In this document: piece by piece, positions 9,396-21,800 of the stretch
How positions within the stretch are numbered: the first letter of the stretch is position 1
Layout of the letters: the number at the start of each line of letters is the position of its first letter
IMG/VR virus record: IMGVR_UViG_3300045988_100207
Strand: one strand, 5' to 3'
DNA: 64,000 nt
Source of the DNA: a virus
Translations under genes and position numbers: made by a program
The notes under the pieces: model-generated
Told to the model about the DNA's origin: nothing
Seen by the model: only the letters and a program-made list of their open reading frames with translations
The model's database searches: none

Positions 9396-9427
9396 TTGAT
9401 AGTTTAAAGTTTAAAGTTTATAGTTTT
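9393..9427 (+). repeat. five tandem heptamers (T/A)AGTT(T/G)(A/T)
   Basis: TAGTTGA TAGTTTA AAGTTTA AAGTTTA TAGTTTT. The run spans the stop of the upstream ORF and the TTG start of the next. Confidence 0.8.
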
Positions 9428-9812
9428 GACTGAGCAGGAGATATATTTGGAAAGGTATGACTGGACGGTACATGTAATGTACGATGTCCACTCAAAGGAT
9501 GCCATGAAGGTAAGAAGGCATCTTCGGGATTTGGGATGCGCCGGCATTCCTCTCGAAGATGCCTGTAATCTCGTGCTCGAAGGTCAGCCCAACAAAGGGA
9601 TAACCTATTCCAATATAGGCACCAGAAAAACGATAGTAGTAATAGGTTGGACCACCTCAAAAGGGGAGTACACGAATAGCCTAACCCACGAAATGCTCCA
9701 TGTAGTTCAGCACATATCCGAACAGTTCCTTATAAATATGTACACCGAAGAACCCTGCTATCTTCTAGGTTCCCTCTGTCAAGCCGCCGCCAGCAAGAAA
9801 AGCCCCCTCTAG
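9426..9812 (+). CDS. small HExxH protein (putative Zn-metallopeptidase-like, 128 aa)
   Basis: SLTHEMLHVVQH motif. The start is TTG; the first in-frame ATG is at 9477. Confidence 0.5.
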   Translation: MTEQEIYLERYDWTVHVMYDVHSKDAMKVRRHLRDLGCAGIPLEDACNLVLEGQPNKGITYSNIGTRKTIVVIGWTTSKGEYTNSLTHEMLHVVQHISEQFLINMYTEEPCYLLGSLCQAAASKKSPL

Positions 9813-9842
9813 CCCCCGTTCCTCAGCATTTTATGCTGAGTC

Positions 9843-9879
9843 AAAAAAAAGGAGTGAGCCTTGCGCCCACTCCTTTTTT
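9843..9879. terminator. bidirectional intrinsic terminator between convergent genes
   Basis: A8, then hairpin GGAGTG.GC...GC.CACTCC (9851-9873), then T6. Confidence 0.7.
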
Positions 9880-9881
9880 AT

Positions 9882-12800
9882 TTATTCCAATCTATCCAGT
9901 TCATCCACCGCATCCATCATGATTCTGTCAATATTCTGATTAGCGAAGTTGATGCTCTCGGTATCAGAAGACTTATCTCTGAGTTTCTTCCAGCGCTTCA
10001 TCTGTTTCTCTGCCAACTCGATGATTCTAACCTTGGCAGCCTCCTTGGAGTTTTGGAAGTGGAAATACTCACCTATATTCGTGATTCTCTTATCAATCGG
10101 AACGTTCTTCGATTTCAGGCGGTCCACGTTGGCCATGGTCTTTTCCATTTCGTCCTTGTAGTTATACCACTTGCTCTTGGTTCGCTGCAAGCTGCTCTGC
10201 TCATTTGGCGTATAGAGTAGTGAGCGAAGGAAAGGAATATCCTTGGTTTCCGTGTCGCTTCCGTGCTTAATAACACCGATAGCACGCTCAGTAAAGGTAG
10301 CCGCACCACCACCTATGCCACCGATGTAGTGATTCAGCATACTAGGGTTTGTTACCATATCCAGGAAACTATTACCCAGCATATCTTCATTACCCTTGGC
10401 TACATCGTTAGTCTGAGCATTCACCCATTTATTCACAGCCATATATCCGTCAGGCACACCCCTGTAGGCTCTCTGCCAAGCAGGGGAATTTTCATTCCAG
10501 TCACCACGTCTTTCAATCGGCGCACCCTTCCAGTCGGTATTTAGCTCCCATTCCACGAAAGGAGATAGGGCAGAAGGAGAGATAGCTTTGATCGTCTCAT
10601 TCAATGGCTCCTTGCCAGCCGAAGAGTTACCGAGATAGTCCATCACCGGCACAAGCTGCGACATACAGCCCACGGCATCCAAGGCAGGATTCTTCTGTCC
10701 GCTTACGTTTGGCGAGAAGGTCAAGCCAGCCGCCAAGTCACCCAAACCATAGAAGGCTCTCAACTCGATGGCAAGCGGAATAGTAATAAACTGTCCGCCA
10801 CCTTTATATATACAGAGATTGTTTCTTCTCACGTAGTCAGGCAACTCGCCGTATGGGTCCTTCACACCCTTTCTGTCCTTCTCGTCCTCACTCGCAATCA
10901 GCACATTGTTACCTAGTGCAGCCAACGCACCGAGAGCAAAAGGAATGGCAAGCATATTGATAGAAGTACCCACAGGATGATTCTTCAAGTTCTTCACAAG
11001 AAGATTTGTACTCTGAATACCGGCATTGAAGAACATAGAACAATGTCTCAGATAGCTAGCCGTAAATCCGTAAGTCCATCTTGCAGCCGCCTTGCCGCCA
11101 GTCATTTCTCCGTTCTTGAAACTCTTGATGGCATCACCGCTACCATGGCGGTTGAAGTTGGTAGATACCTCCTTCGCATCATAGACCGAACGGATGATAG
11201 AGCGGTTACTGTCTCGGCTCGCACAATAGGTAGCAAATCGGGCGATATTCTCAGCCACCTCGTTGATGTTCGCCAGATTTCCGAAGAAGAAGTCACGAAG
11301 GACAGCACCGCCCTTGTCAATCTTGCTTCTTTCGCCCTTCACATCTTTTTTGTATTCCTTGGTCCAATCCTGCATGTTCTTGATCTGAACCCAACCGGTT
11401 TCGCCGCCGTTCTCCATGAACTCCTTGAAATATCGCTGAACCTTGTCGCTCATATCAAGTGTTCCGTTACGATACTTGGCAAATAAGCCCAAGCCAGTAG
11501 TTCCGCTCAAATCCTTGAAGCTGATATTCGATGCACCCTTATACAAGCCCAACTGCGCATAGTACTTCGCCCATAGCGCACCATATCTTGCACCCTCCTT
11601 GGAAGTAACGTTGCTCGATGCAAACTCCGCATCACGCATGATGTTTCGCATCACGAACTCAGGGTTATAAGATGTACACAACTGCGCCATCATTCTTGAA
11701 ATAGAACTCAATGGTTTCATGATTCCCTTGGCACCCGAGTTCTCCAGCAATCCATTCAGAGCCTGCGCCGCTCTAGGATTTCCGTTGATAATAAAGGTAT
11801 GGGTCCTTCCGGCAATCTTCACATCTACGATATGCTGCGATTTATTCTCCGCTCTTTGGAACTTATAACCAATCTTGTCTCTGCGATAAACCTTGTATGC
11901 CATACCCTGTGATTCCTTCATCTTCATATCCTTATTGAAGTCTGAAACAATCTGGTTGATTTCGTCGGCCGTAGCATCCTCAGGAATATCAGGGTAGCGC
12001 TCATAGACGATGTTCACCACTGGGTCCTTCTCATACCAGACGCTTGTTTCGGTAATCAGATTATTGCCCGAATTGTTTCTCGCGAATCTTGCAAATGCCT
12101 GACGGATAGCATTCATACCACCGTTCTTGATGGCTCTGTTACCCATCGCACCAATCTGCGCCAGTACGTTAGTTTCACTCAGATACTTGTGTCCTCTCGC
12201 TCTCATAATCGTGCTTCCGATGTAACTCTTCGGGTCACCCTGCTCAGTAATGTATCCATAAGTATCTTCTGCCGTAGCCTCATCATACTTTCTCAAAGGC
12301 ACATACCAGTTGAACATATTCGATACATGACCATGCAATTCCTTGCTGATGATGCCATTCTTGTAGTCGCTGTCAATAGAATACTGGGTAGCAGCCTTCA
12401 CCTTATCCCAATAGTCCTTTACAGCTCCCTTCTTGATGCTCTCCATCTTCGCTTCCGAATCCATCACGCTCTGAATAGCCTCGGCATCATTGTAAGGGTC
12501 AGAAGATTTCGTCACCTCCTGTATAGCGTGCATACCAGAATAGTCATGCTCGCCAGCCTCGAAGTCTGCATCAAAGTGATTTCTGATACTCTCGTCCAAC
12601 TGTCTGTAGTACTCCTTCAGGTCGATGTTGCCAGCCTTCAACTCGTTGTCAAGATACTCCTTATCGCTATAATAACTGTTTTCCAAGAAGTCGGCATCCT
12701 GCTTTTTCTGCTCGTCCATCCTCATATTTCTAAGGAAATCACGCACAAAGAACTCTCTGTTTCGCTCCAAACCATGCTTGGTAATCATGTAGAGATTGAA

Positions 12801-15800
12801 GTTGCGAATCTTCTCATCATCCTTCTTTCCGTCGAAAGCATCCAGCACATCGGCCATGGCCTTGTCAAGAGGCTTCATCACGTTGCGCTCAAACATCTGA
12901 GCCGCATCACTCATCGCGCCCTGCATGGTGTTCTGCAGTATATAAGGATTCTCCGAAGAGGCAATATCCTCAATCTTCTTGTCTGGCACAATCGCATTCA
13001 TCAACTTCTTCAACGAAAGCATATTGTCCATATAGCTCTCTGTGAACATATAGCCGTGCTCGTCAAGTGAACGGTGGTATCTGTCAAGTGCCGTGCCGGC
13101 AGATGGGGTAGTACGGAAGTGAATCTCACCATCTGTAGCCTCATTCCACTCAGCCTTGGTAAGATTATCCATACTTCTAACCTTTCCGTCATTTCCGTAG
13201 AACATGCCATCATGCGCCACGACAGCAGGCATACGCTCATGGTCGAGACGGTATTTCACCGCCTCGGCTCTCATCTTCCAATAAGGATCATCCGGATTCT
13301 TCTGCAAGTTCTTGCTCAACCAGAGCAAGTACTTCACATCTTTAGTATTAGGAGCAACACGATAACCGATTTCGTGAAGGAAATCAGATACCTTGTTTTT
13401 GATACCATTCCAGAAGCCCGGTTCACCCTTGCCATCCTCGGCGAGTCGGGCGATACCTTCCTCAATGGCATCATAGATATTCAGAGGATTGAACTTTCTC
13501 TCCTCATCCACCAGCTTCTTCAAAGCCGCATTCTCAGGCTTATCCAAGTCGTACCATACTTCACGAAGGAACTTGTCGAATCGTTCATCACCAAACAACT
13601 CGCTCATTCCCTTGTGTCCAACCACCTCATGCCAGATGGTCTTCTCGGCAGTATATCTATCGTGGATATTAGGCATGTAAAGATGCACCTCGCCAGTCTT
13701 CTCGTCATACCAGCCAGTAATCTTTCTACCTTCCTCAATAGCAGCCTTAGCCGCCTTGTTGGTGATTTCATCAACCGATGAAACCATGTTCACCTTTGCA
13801 CCAGTCTTCTGAACCACCTTTTCGATATGGCTCTCAACAGATGAAGTGGGGTAGTTGCCATCGCCGTGGTCCGTGCGGAACTTGATGCCGCCATCCTTGC
13901 CCCATACATTGAAGGCATCCTTTGTCATTTTCACGTTGACGAACTTAGCCTGAGGGAACTCCTGTTCCAGTTCAGCCATCTGCTTCAAGAACTTCTCCTT
14001 TGTTTCAGGGTTCTGTCTGCCTTGCTCTACGGTAGTGATAGGCACACCAAGTTTTACAAGCTCTCTCAACTGGTTAGGGGTAACTACGTTCCAAGGGATA
14101 GCCAATCCTGTTCCTCTCAGTTGGTCGGCGATTTTCTCAGCAACCTCCTCGTCAGGCAATATTCTTACTGCCTTTCTCCATCTAGAGAGCATCACGCTTC
14201 TCTGTCTGTCCTTTGGCAGGAGGCTGTTTACTGTTCCAGAAGTCCAAGGCACCAAGCCCACAGAGTTCTTCGCGCCCTCGGCGTGATAGCCGCTAGTCTT
14301 CTCGCTCTCAGGAATCTCCCATTCCACAACCTTGATATTGCCTCTAGCGTAAGCGCCAGAGAACTGATCGTTCATCACCGAAGTGGAAGTGTGCATATAA
14401 GGGTTATAAGCCGCTGGTACTGGTCCTTCTCCTGCCCCAGGGTTCTTGTCGGTCTTTACAAGTTGGAACTTACCGTTCTTCACAAGGTCAGGTCGCTCGT
14501 CTGCGCCCATCCAAGCACCAATCTCTGTAGCATCAGTACGCTTTCCGTCAATGATAGCAGCCATAGGGGAGTAGAGCTTACCGTCCACCTCCTGCATTCC
14601 GCTATACATTCTGAAAGTCTTCTCCTTGTTGAGGCGGTCCAGTTCATCCTTGTCGGTAACTCTGTAGGCATAGCCGTTTTCCTCAATGTCATTCATGGCA
14701 ATATCATCAATCTTTTCATTGAAATCATCCATGATGTCATTGAGAGCCTTATCCATCTTGCTTTTATCCGAAATCTCAAAGAGTTTATGCCAAGCGTTCT
14801 TTACAGCTTGCCACAAGGAGTTATCGCCTCGGTTGCGCAATTCGTTAACTGCGTTCATGATTCGCTCACCTAAAGAAAGGCCAAGTATCTTTCTCTGCTT
14901 TCCACCTGCCATTTCAGCAGCAAATTCATACTCATCCTTACCACCATAGTTACGTCTCTTTCCTTCCTCCCAAACAATTCTACCATCAGCCTTAACCTTA
15001 TTGTAAATATCAATAACAGTCTTTACAGCTTCAATCTGCTTAGGAGTAAGCATACCTTCTGCCTTTCCGTCCTTTACAAGGTGGATGGCACCCATAGTAG
15101 CCTGATGAATTAACTCATGCAGAATGGTATGAGCCGCCTCTTTAGGGTTTGTGTATGTTCTAGAAAGAGTATCAATAAAGAGATTAATGTTTCTTTCTGG
15201 TGTAGCTTCACCAACATTGCCTCTCTCGTCACCCTCGTCCATGCCACCAAACTCAACTCCGAGTCGCTTGGCTATATCGCGCGCCTTCTCAAAGAGTCTT
15301 CTTGTGCCTTCTTCTTTTGCTTGATTTGTCGCCTCAAAGAGTCTAGATATATCTGCAAAAGAGGCTTTAGCTCCTCTTCGCAATCCATAGCCATCTGCGA
15401 GAGCTTTGGCTCGAACTTCTCGATAGTCCATTTCTCTCCTTGCGGCAGTTTTGGCAGCTTCAAGTTCAGCTCTTTTAAGTTGCACAAGATGCGTTCTACC
15501 TGCTTTCTCTCGGTTTCCAAAAGTTCGTCCCCAGAATCTAACTTCATCTTCTAGTCCATTTAAAGTGTAAGTAATTTCAGAAGCCTTGTATCTAGAAAAT
15601 TCTGAGGTATAATAGTCAAGATGTCTGTTAAACTCGGCTTTATCCTCATTCGACAAGTCCTTAGTCAACTCGTCAACTCTATCATCAAACTTCTTTTCAA
15701 TCTGCGAAGATACATTTTTATCTACATCTTCCGGAATGATTCTACTATTCTTAACATCTTTTGTATCTGTTTTAGAATACTGGAAGCCTCGGTCCTCACG

Positions 15801-18800
15801 GAAGTGGGTGCCTTCATCCTCAGAAGTATTGCGCTCCTCCTGTACCTTCACGCCCATTTTAGACAGACGGTCAAGTACTGGCTTCAACTGCTCTGGCTTG
15901 AACTCAGCAAGCATATTGTTGCCTCTGGTCTCGAAGTTATTGCCATTAACCAGTTTCAGTAAATCTTCATCCATGAAGTACTTGCCGCCCTTCGCCTTGC
16001 TCTTCGGTACACGAAGTTCATAGTAGTAGCCACGATTGTTGTCTATGCGTTTCACCTTTACTTCACCATCCGATGAAGTAACCTCGTCAATACCACCGTG
16101 CCAAGATGAAAGTTCAAACTTCTCAGCTACGCTGTTGATAGGCGCATCCGTAGTCAAGCCCTTAGGGTCGAATCGGTCCGGCATCAAGATACCAGTCTTC
16201 ACCTCGCCAGTATCAGTAGTATATTTTACCAGCTGACCGCCCAATCCCTGATCCTTGCTGTCAACCAAAGCCTGCATCAGGTTACCGGTCACGATATAGC
16301 CATTCTTGCGGCTCTCATTGCTAGTCAGTCTATCCCAGTTATCAAAGTTTTGGTTCAATACTCTGAGATGGCTGTCTCCCATACTGATTGCCTGCTTAGT
16401 CATGTTGTCGATGGCACTGATAACATCTATATTGCCTTCACCTGCGCCTACCTTACCCACGATAGGGAATGTAATCTTTCTTCTGCCATCCAAGGTAGCG
16501 AAGGAAACAGAAGAGGCGTTAGGCGAGTAGTTATCAGTAATCTTGATGTCAATAAGTCTACCGTAACTGTTACCGAATCCGCTCAACTCATTAGGGTTAT
16601 TCATATCCGTAGGCAGAGCGAAAGTTTGGTTTGTATCGAAGGTATCAAGCACACGCTCAAACATTTCAGCCTTGGCTTTCAGGTTCTTCATCACATCGTT
16701 CAGCTTATCTTTCTCCTGCTTGTAGATGTTGTCATACTGATAGCCAGCCATCTTCTCAATCTGCTCATCGCTCATGCCCGAATCCTTCTGACCCTTCTTA
16801 GCATCCTTGATATACTTCTCCTTAGCCTTGGTTGCAGCCTTCACGGCACGCTCCTCATACTTCTGAGTCTCGTCCGCAATCTTCTGGTCGAAGTATTCCT
16901 TCACGGCAGCCTTCTTCTCGGTCTTGTATTCATCCCAAGTCTTACCGCCAGTCAAACCATCCTGCGAAGCCTTCACCTCAGAAGCCTTCATAGGTTTCTT
17001 CAAGATGGCCATGTTCACCTTTTCTATATAGGTATTGTCTGCAAAGGCGTTATCGCCGCCCGGCTCTGCACCCTGCTTCCAAACTTCCTTGTGGAGAGTC
17101 TTAGCCTTCAGAGGCAGCTCGGTAATCTCCAAGTCATTCTCGCCCATTTCGTTGAGTCGCTGAATCTCGTTGGCATAAAGCTCGCCAATCTCCTGCAACA
17201 TCTTCTCCTGCTCAGAAACTCTCAGCAGAGCCATACGCCCAAGTAACTTGCTTGCATCGGCACCAGCTTCGCCATCGCCAACACCGCCACCGCTTGCAAC
17301 AAGCGTCTGTGGGTCGATTCTAGACAAATCATCACCATGACTCTTTTCCCATCCGAATGGGTCTGCCATGCGAGCATAAAGGTCAAGATGCTCTGCCATA
17401 TACTCACGAACTACCTTATCACCATATTTATTGGTAATATCGGCAACTTCCATTTCGTTGAACTTACTCTTCTGTGAAGATGTAGTATTAGCATCAAGAG
17501 ATTTCAACTTAGCCTTAAACATCATCAGCAGTCGCTGCTCGGCAGGGATAAGGGAAACCACATACTCGTATGCACCTCTAGCCACCTGACCGGTTCGGTC
17601 GATACGCCCACGCATCTGAACCTCATCGTTTACGTCGAGCTGCTGCTGCGCCACGATCATCACACGCTTTTTCTGGTCCTTATACTTGCTCGAAGCATGA
17701 AGGGAAATACCGGTTGCTGCACTCTTATTGAGAATAAGCGCATCAATCTTGCCATCGTTAAAGTCGCGCGCGAGTTTCTTCTTGTCTGTATCAGCACGCT
17801 TCACCTTGGTAACAGTTCCGTTGTCGTTATAAACAAACTCGGTCTGTCTACCGGTCAGCTCGCCAACCTTATAGCCAGCCTTCTGCAGTTCGTTCTTGAT
17901 AACATCAATAGGGGAGAGTGAAAGACCGGTACTTGTCTGCTCAATCTTCTTTTCCAGTTCGTGATAAGCCTCAACTGCCTCATCGCCCAAATCCGAAAGC
18001 TTGATGTAGCCGCTTTCACTATTATCCTTTGCGTCCTTCTGAGTATAGCGAAGTGTACCCTCCAGACCCTTCTTCAAAGATGTGCCCAAGTCTGGTGCGT
18101 CCATTTCCTCACCAAGCGCAAGGTTGCCAGTCTGCGATTCGTTGGTATTGTTCAACGCAATCACAGGCTTCATACCCTGCTTCAAATAGTCGATTGCACG
18201 TTCTGCAGCAGACTTCGCTTTCAGGGAGAGAAGAACCTGCTGAACGGTATTGAATGCCTTGCTGGCAAATGGCTGATTCTTGATACCCAGGGCAGCCGTT
18301 CCCTTCTTGATTCCCATAGTAGACTGAATGGCAGCCAGCTCGTCATTACGCTCATCCACGTAACTTGAAACATATTTCTTTTGGAAATTGATAATATCAT
18401 TAAACAATCCGATGATACTATCATACTGCTCTCGCTGTTCCTGCACTCGCTCAGGATCATCAATCGCCTTCCAGTCGATGGTTACGCCTGTCATATCTCG
18501 CTCACGGCGAATCATCTGACCGCATTGCGTCAAGGTCTGGCTCATAATCTCCTGCAAGGTGGCACCACCACGCTTCACCGCATCAATCAAGTCGGATGAT
18601 TTCATACCGCCCTCGTTCATGGCAGTACGCAAAGCGTAGATAGGCATGTTGTCTGGTCTCTTGGCAAAGGTTGCAGAGAAGAAGGTAACGTTCTTTGCCT
18701 TCTGAATAATGTGTTGGAAATAGTTGCCCTGACCGCTATTACCACCAGCCGTGTGGCTTTCGTCAAGGATAAGATAGGCGTTGTCCATCAGTTTTTCAAT

Positions 18801-21800
18801 AGCATCACGTCTTCTTTGTCCGCTAAGGGCAGCAGCACCGAATGTCTTACCCTTCGCAAGTTTCTTCTCTTTTCGGGCACCATTCTCGTCAAACTCATAC
18901 ACACCGTTGCTTACTTGGCTGTAAGTAGTCAATACATAGTCGTATTCCTCTGGCAGTTTTCCGTTCTTTTCGATGTAGTCGAGCACACGCTTCACCTCGC
19001 TCTTCGATGGCAAAGCAAATACTACATTTCCGTCTGAGTCAGTAATGGCAGCTTCCTTGGCACTACCGAATACAAATGGTCTTAGGTCTGGGCTGCCAAT
19101 ATCCACCAAGTCACGGTAAACATCACTCAGCAATCCTGCTGTCTTGGTGAAATATACAGGAACCTGACCCTGCTTCTTGGCGTATCTGATAAGCGAAGCA
19201 GCCTGTCTTCCCTTACCGATACCAGTCATATCTCCAATGATAAAGGCGTTGCCCTTCTTTGCCTGCTGCAAGGCAAGGGCTACAGAGTCAACCTGCTCTG
19301 CAGCAAGATGAGAATACAAATCATCCTTATCATTATAGCCCAGCTCGTCAACAAGGAACTGGTCGGCATCGCCCAACTTTTCAAGGTTCTTGTTTACCGC
19401 CTCCTGCTGGTCGGCAGGCATCACGGCTTTCAGAGTGAATGGATTTCCACTCTTAGGGGTATAGGTAACTTTCTCGGTGCTTAATCCACGTACGGATTTG
19501 TCCACCCGCTGTAGTTGTCCCCGTGGTCCGCTTCCGCTCCCGGTGCTGGCAGGTTCATCAGCATTTGGCTGAGCGTCATTCCGTCCAGCTCCTCCTGATC
19601 CATTTCCTCGCTGCTCGTTGGTTCCAGTGGTTGGTTCTTTGCTTGGAGAAGGCTCTGTCCCTGTTCCGTCTGTTCTACTATCTCCATCAGAAAGTCTTCC
19701 ATCTTCTCTTGGCTCGGTTCCTCGTTGATTTTCCAAGTCATCATGGGTTCCTGATACGGAAGTGGAGTCAAATAGGTCAGACTCTCGCTTACCATCTGGT
19801 TCGCTTCCTCCTCGTTTTCCTGCTCGTACTCCCTCTTTAGGAGTACCAGTAGCGCCTTGTTTATCAAGTTCTGGTTGAGCACTTCTTGTTTCTTCTCCGA
19901 TGGAAGAATCCATCCGTTCACCTCGTAGTATATCATCTTCAATTCGTTTATAAAGTTCGTCATAATCTTTCACGGTCTCGGCTCTAGCCTTATCCTTTAC
20001 TGGTGGAAAGGCATTCTCGTTCAAGCGTCTTCCGTTTATTAATATAATACGTGTAGGGTAGCTGGTTCCCTGCTTTGCATACAGACCACCATCCACATTA
20101 ATCACGTCCTCCACATTATAGTGGCTATAGAGATAACCAAGGAAAGCCTTATCCTTCGGATTCAGACTTCCGTTCTTGGCGTATTCAGTCTTGCCGCCGA
20201 TGATAATGGCAGCACGACCATCGTCCTTCATGCTCTCCAAGGCATTGATAGCCATCTGTCCTTCCAAAGAAGAAATCTTGTAGCCGTCATACTCCTTAGT
20301 GGTAGCACTACCGAATGGTGGGTTTGTCACCACCACGTCAACGTCCTTGTCTGCAAAAGGCTGAGTTCCGTCCTGACTGGTCACGTTCTTGAAGCCCTGT
20401 CTTCTCAGGTTCGCCAATCGCTGTGCATCAATATCGTTAACATGTACCTTATCCATTGGCAAGCCGATGGTAAGCATACCGTTGCCGGCACTTGGTTCAA
20501 GGGCACTGTCAATCACCTTACCTTTGCCCTTCACATACATATCCGCAAGGAAAGCATAAGGGGCAGGAGTAGAGTACTGCTGCTTCATCACTCGCTCAGA
20601 ATCTCTCTGGTTGAGGCTAGGCTGATTCTCATAGAGTGTCTTGATGCGTTCAAACTTCACGGCATCGTTGGTTGATTCAGAAGAAGCAATACCTCTTGCA
20701 CGCTTAACAATGGCTGTTTCAGCAAGCTCCTGAAGGTCTGTATCCTTAATATCCTTCAAACCAACTCTCTCAGCTATCTTTCTCAGTTCAACGATACCGT
20801 TAAACTTATGTTTGAAGCCCAACTGTAGGTTCACGGTATCAATAAACTTCTTCTCAGCCAGCTTCCTCTCCTCGGCAGTCTTGGAGTCACCCACCAGATT
20901 CTCCTGATGCTTAGGTGAAGTCTTCTCGTAGTAGTCAGCCCATTCCTTCAAGCTCATGCGCTGCTCACCATCACGATAGCGGATATTCATCATCTGCTCA
21001 TAGATAGCATCCACGTCTTCCTTCTTAAAGAGCTTGGCAGCAGGGGCAAACTCCTTGCGCATTTCCTTCACCACGTCTTCAAGATTGTGCATACCTCTCT
21101 TGATTCTCAGATAAGCATTCTCGGCCATGGCGCTCACCAGCTTAGGCAATACCTCCAGCTGTCTAGAGTTAAGACCAACAAACGAAGCAGATATTTCATC
21201 CTTGCCGGCATTCTTGAGCATATCCCAAAGGTCATTAACTTTCTTGTTTGAAGCCGCTACTGCTGCATCGTCAGCAGTTTGCTGAGGCTTCTTTTCGGTT
21301 TTTGCTTTCTTCTCCTTCTCGAATCCTTCTGCTGCATTCTTGATTCCTTCCATAGGGTCAGCAGATGGTTCCGCTTTAGGAGTCTCAACCTTTGGTTCAG
21401 TTTTCTGCCCTCTGGTCTTGGCAAAGATGCTTTCATAGATAGCACGGTGCAAATCATCCGTCACCTCACCATTAAGATAATCAAGAGCAATATCCTTGGA
21501 TAAATCATCCACGTCAGCCTTCATGATCTCCTCCTCAGTCAGAGGATGCTCCTTCTTGAATTCCTGGGCGGCCGCCGCAATCGGGTCAAAAGTAGGGTCT
21601 GGCTTCTCTTCTTTAGGAAGGAGTGGGAGACCGCCTTCTTTAGACGTTTCACCATTCAGCTTCTTCATGTACTCAATTCCGTCATGAATGAATTTCTCGG
21701 TTTCTGCAATATCGTCAGGATGCAGACGCATCAAATTATCATCCAATCCCTTGATATTTCCGATAAGCCAAGTTGCCTGTTTCTTATTCAGCTTCACACC

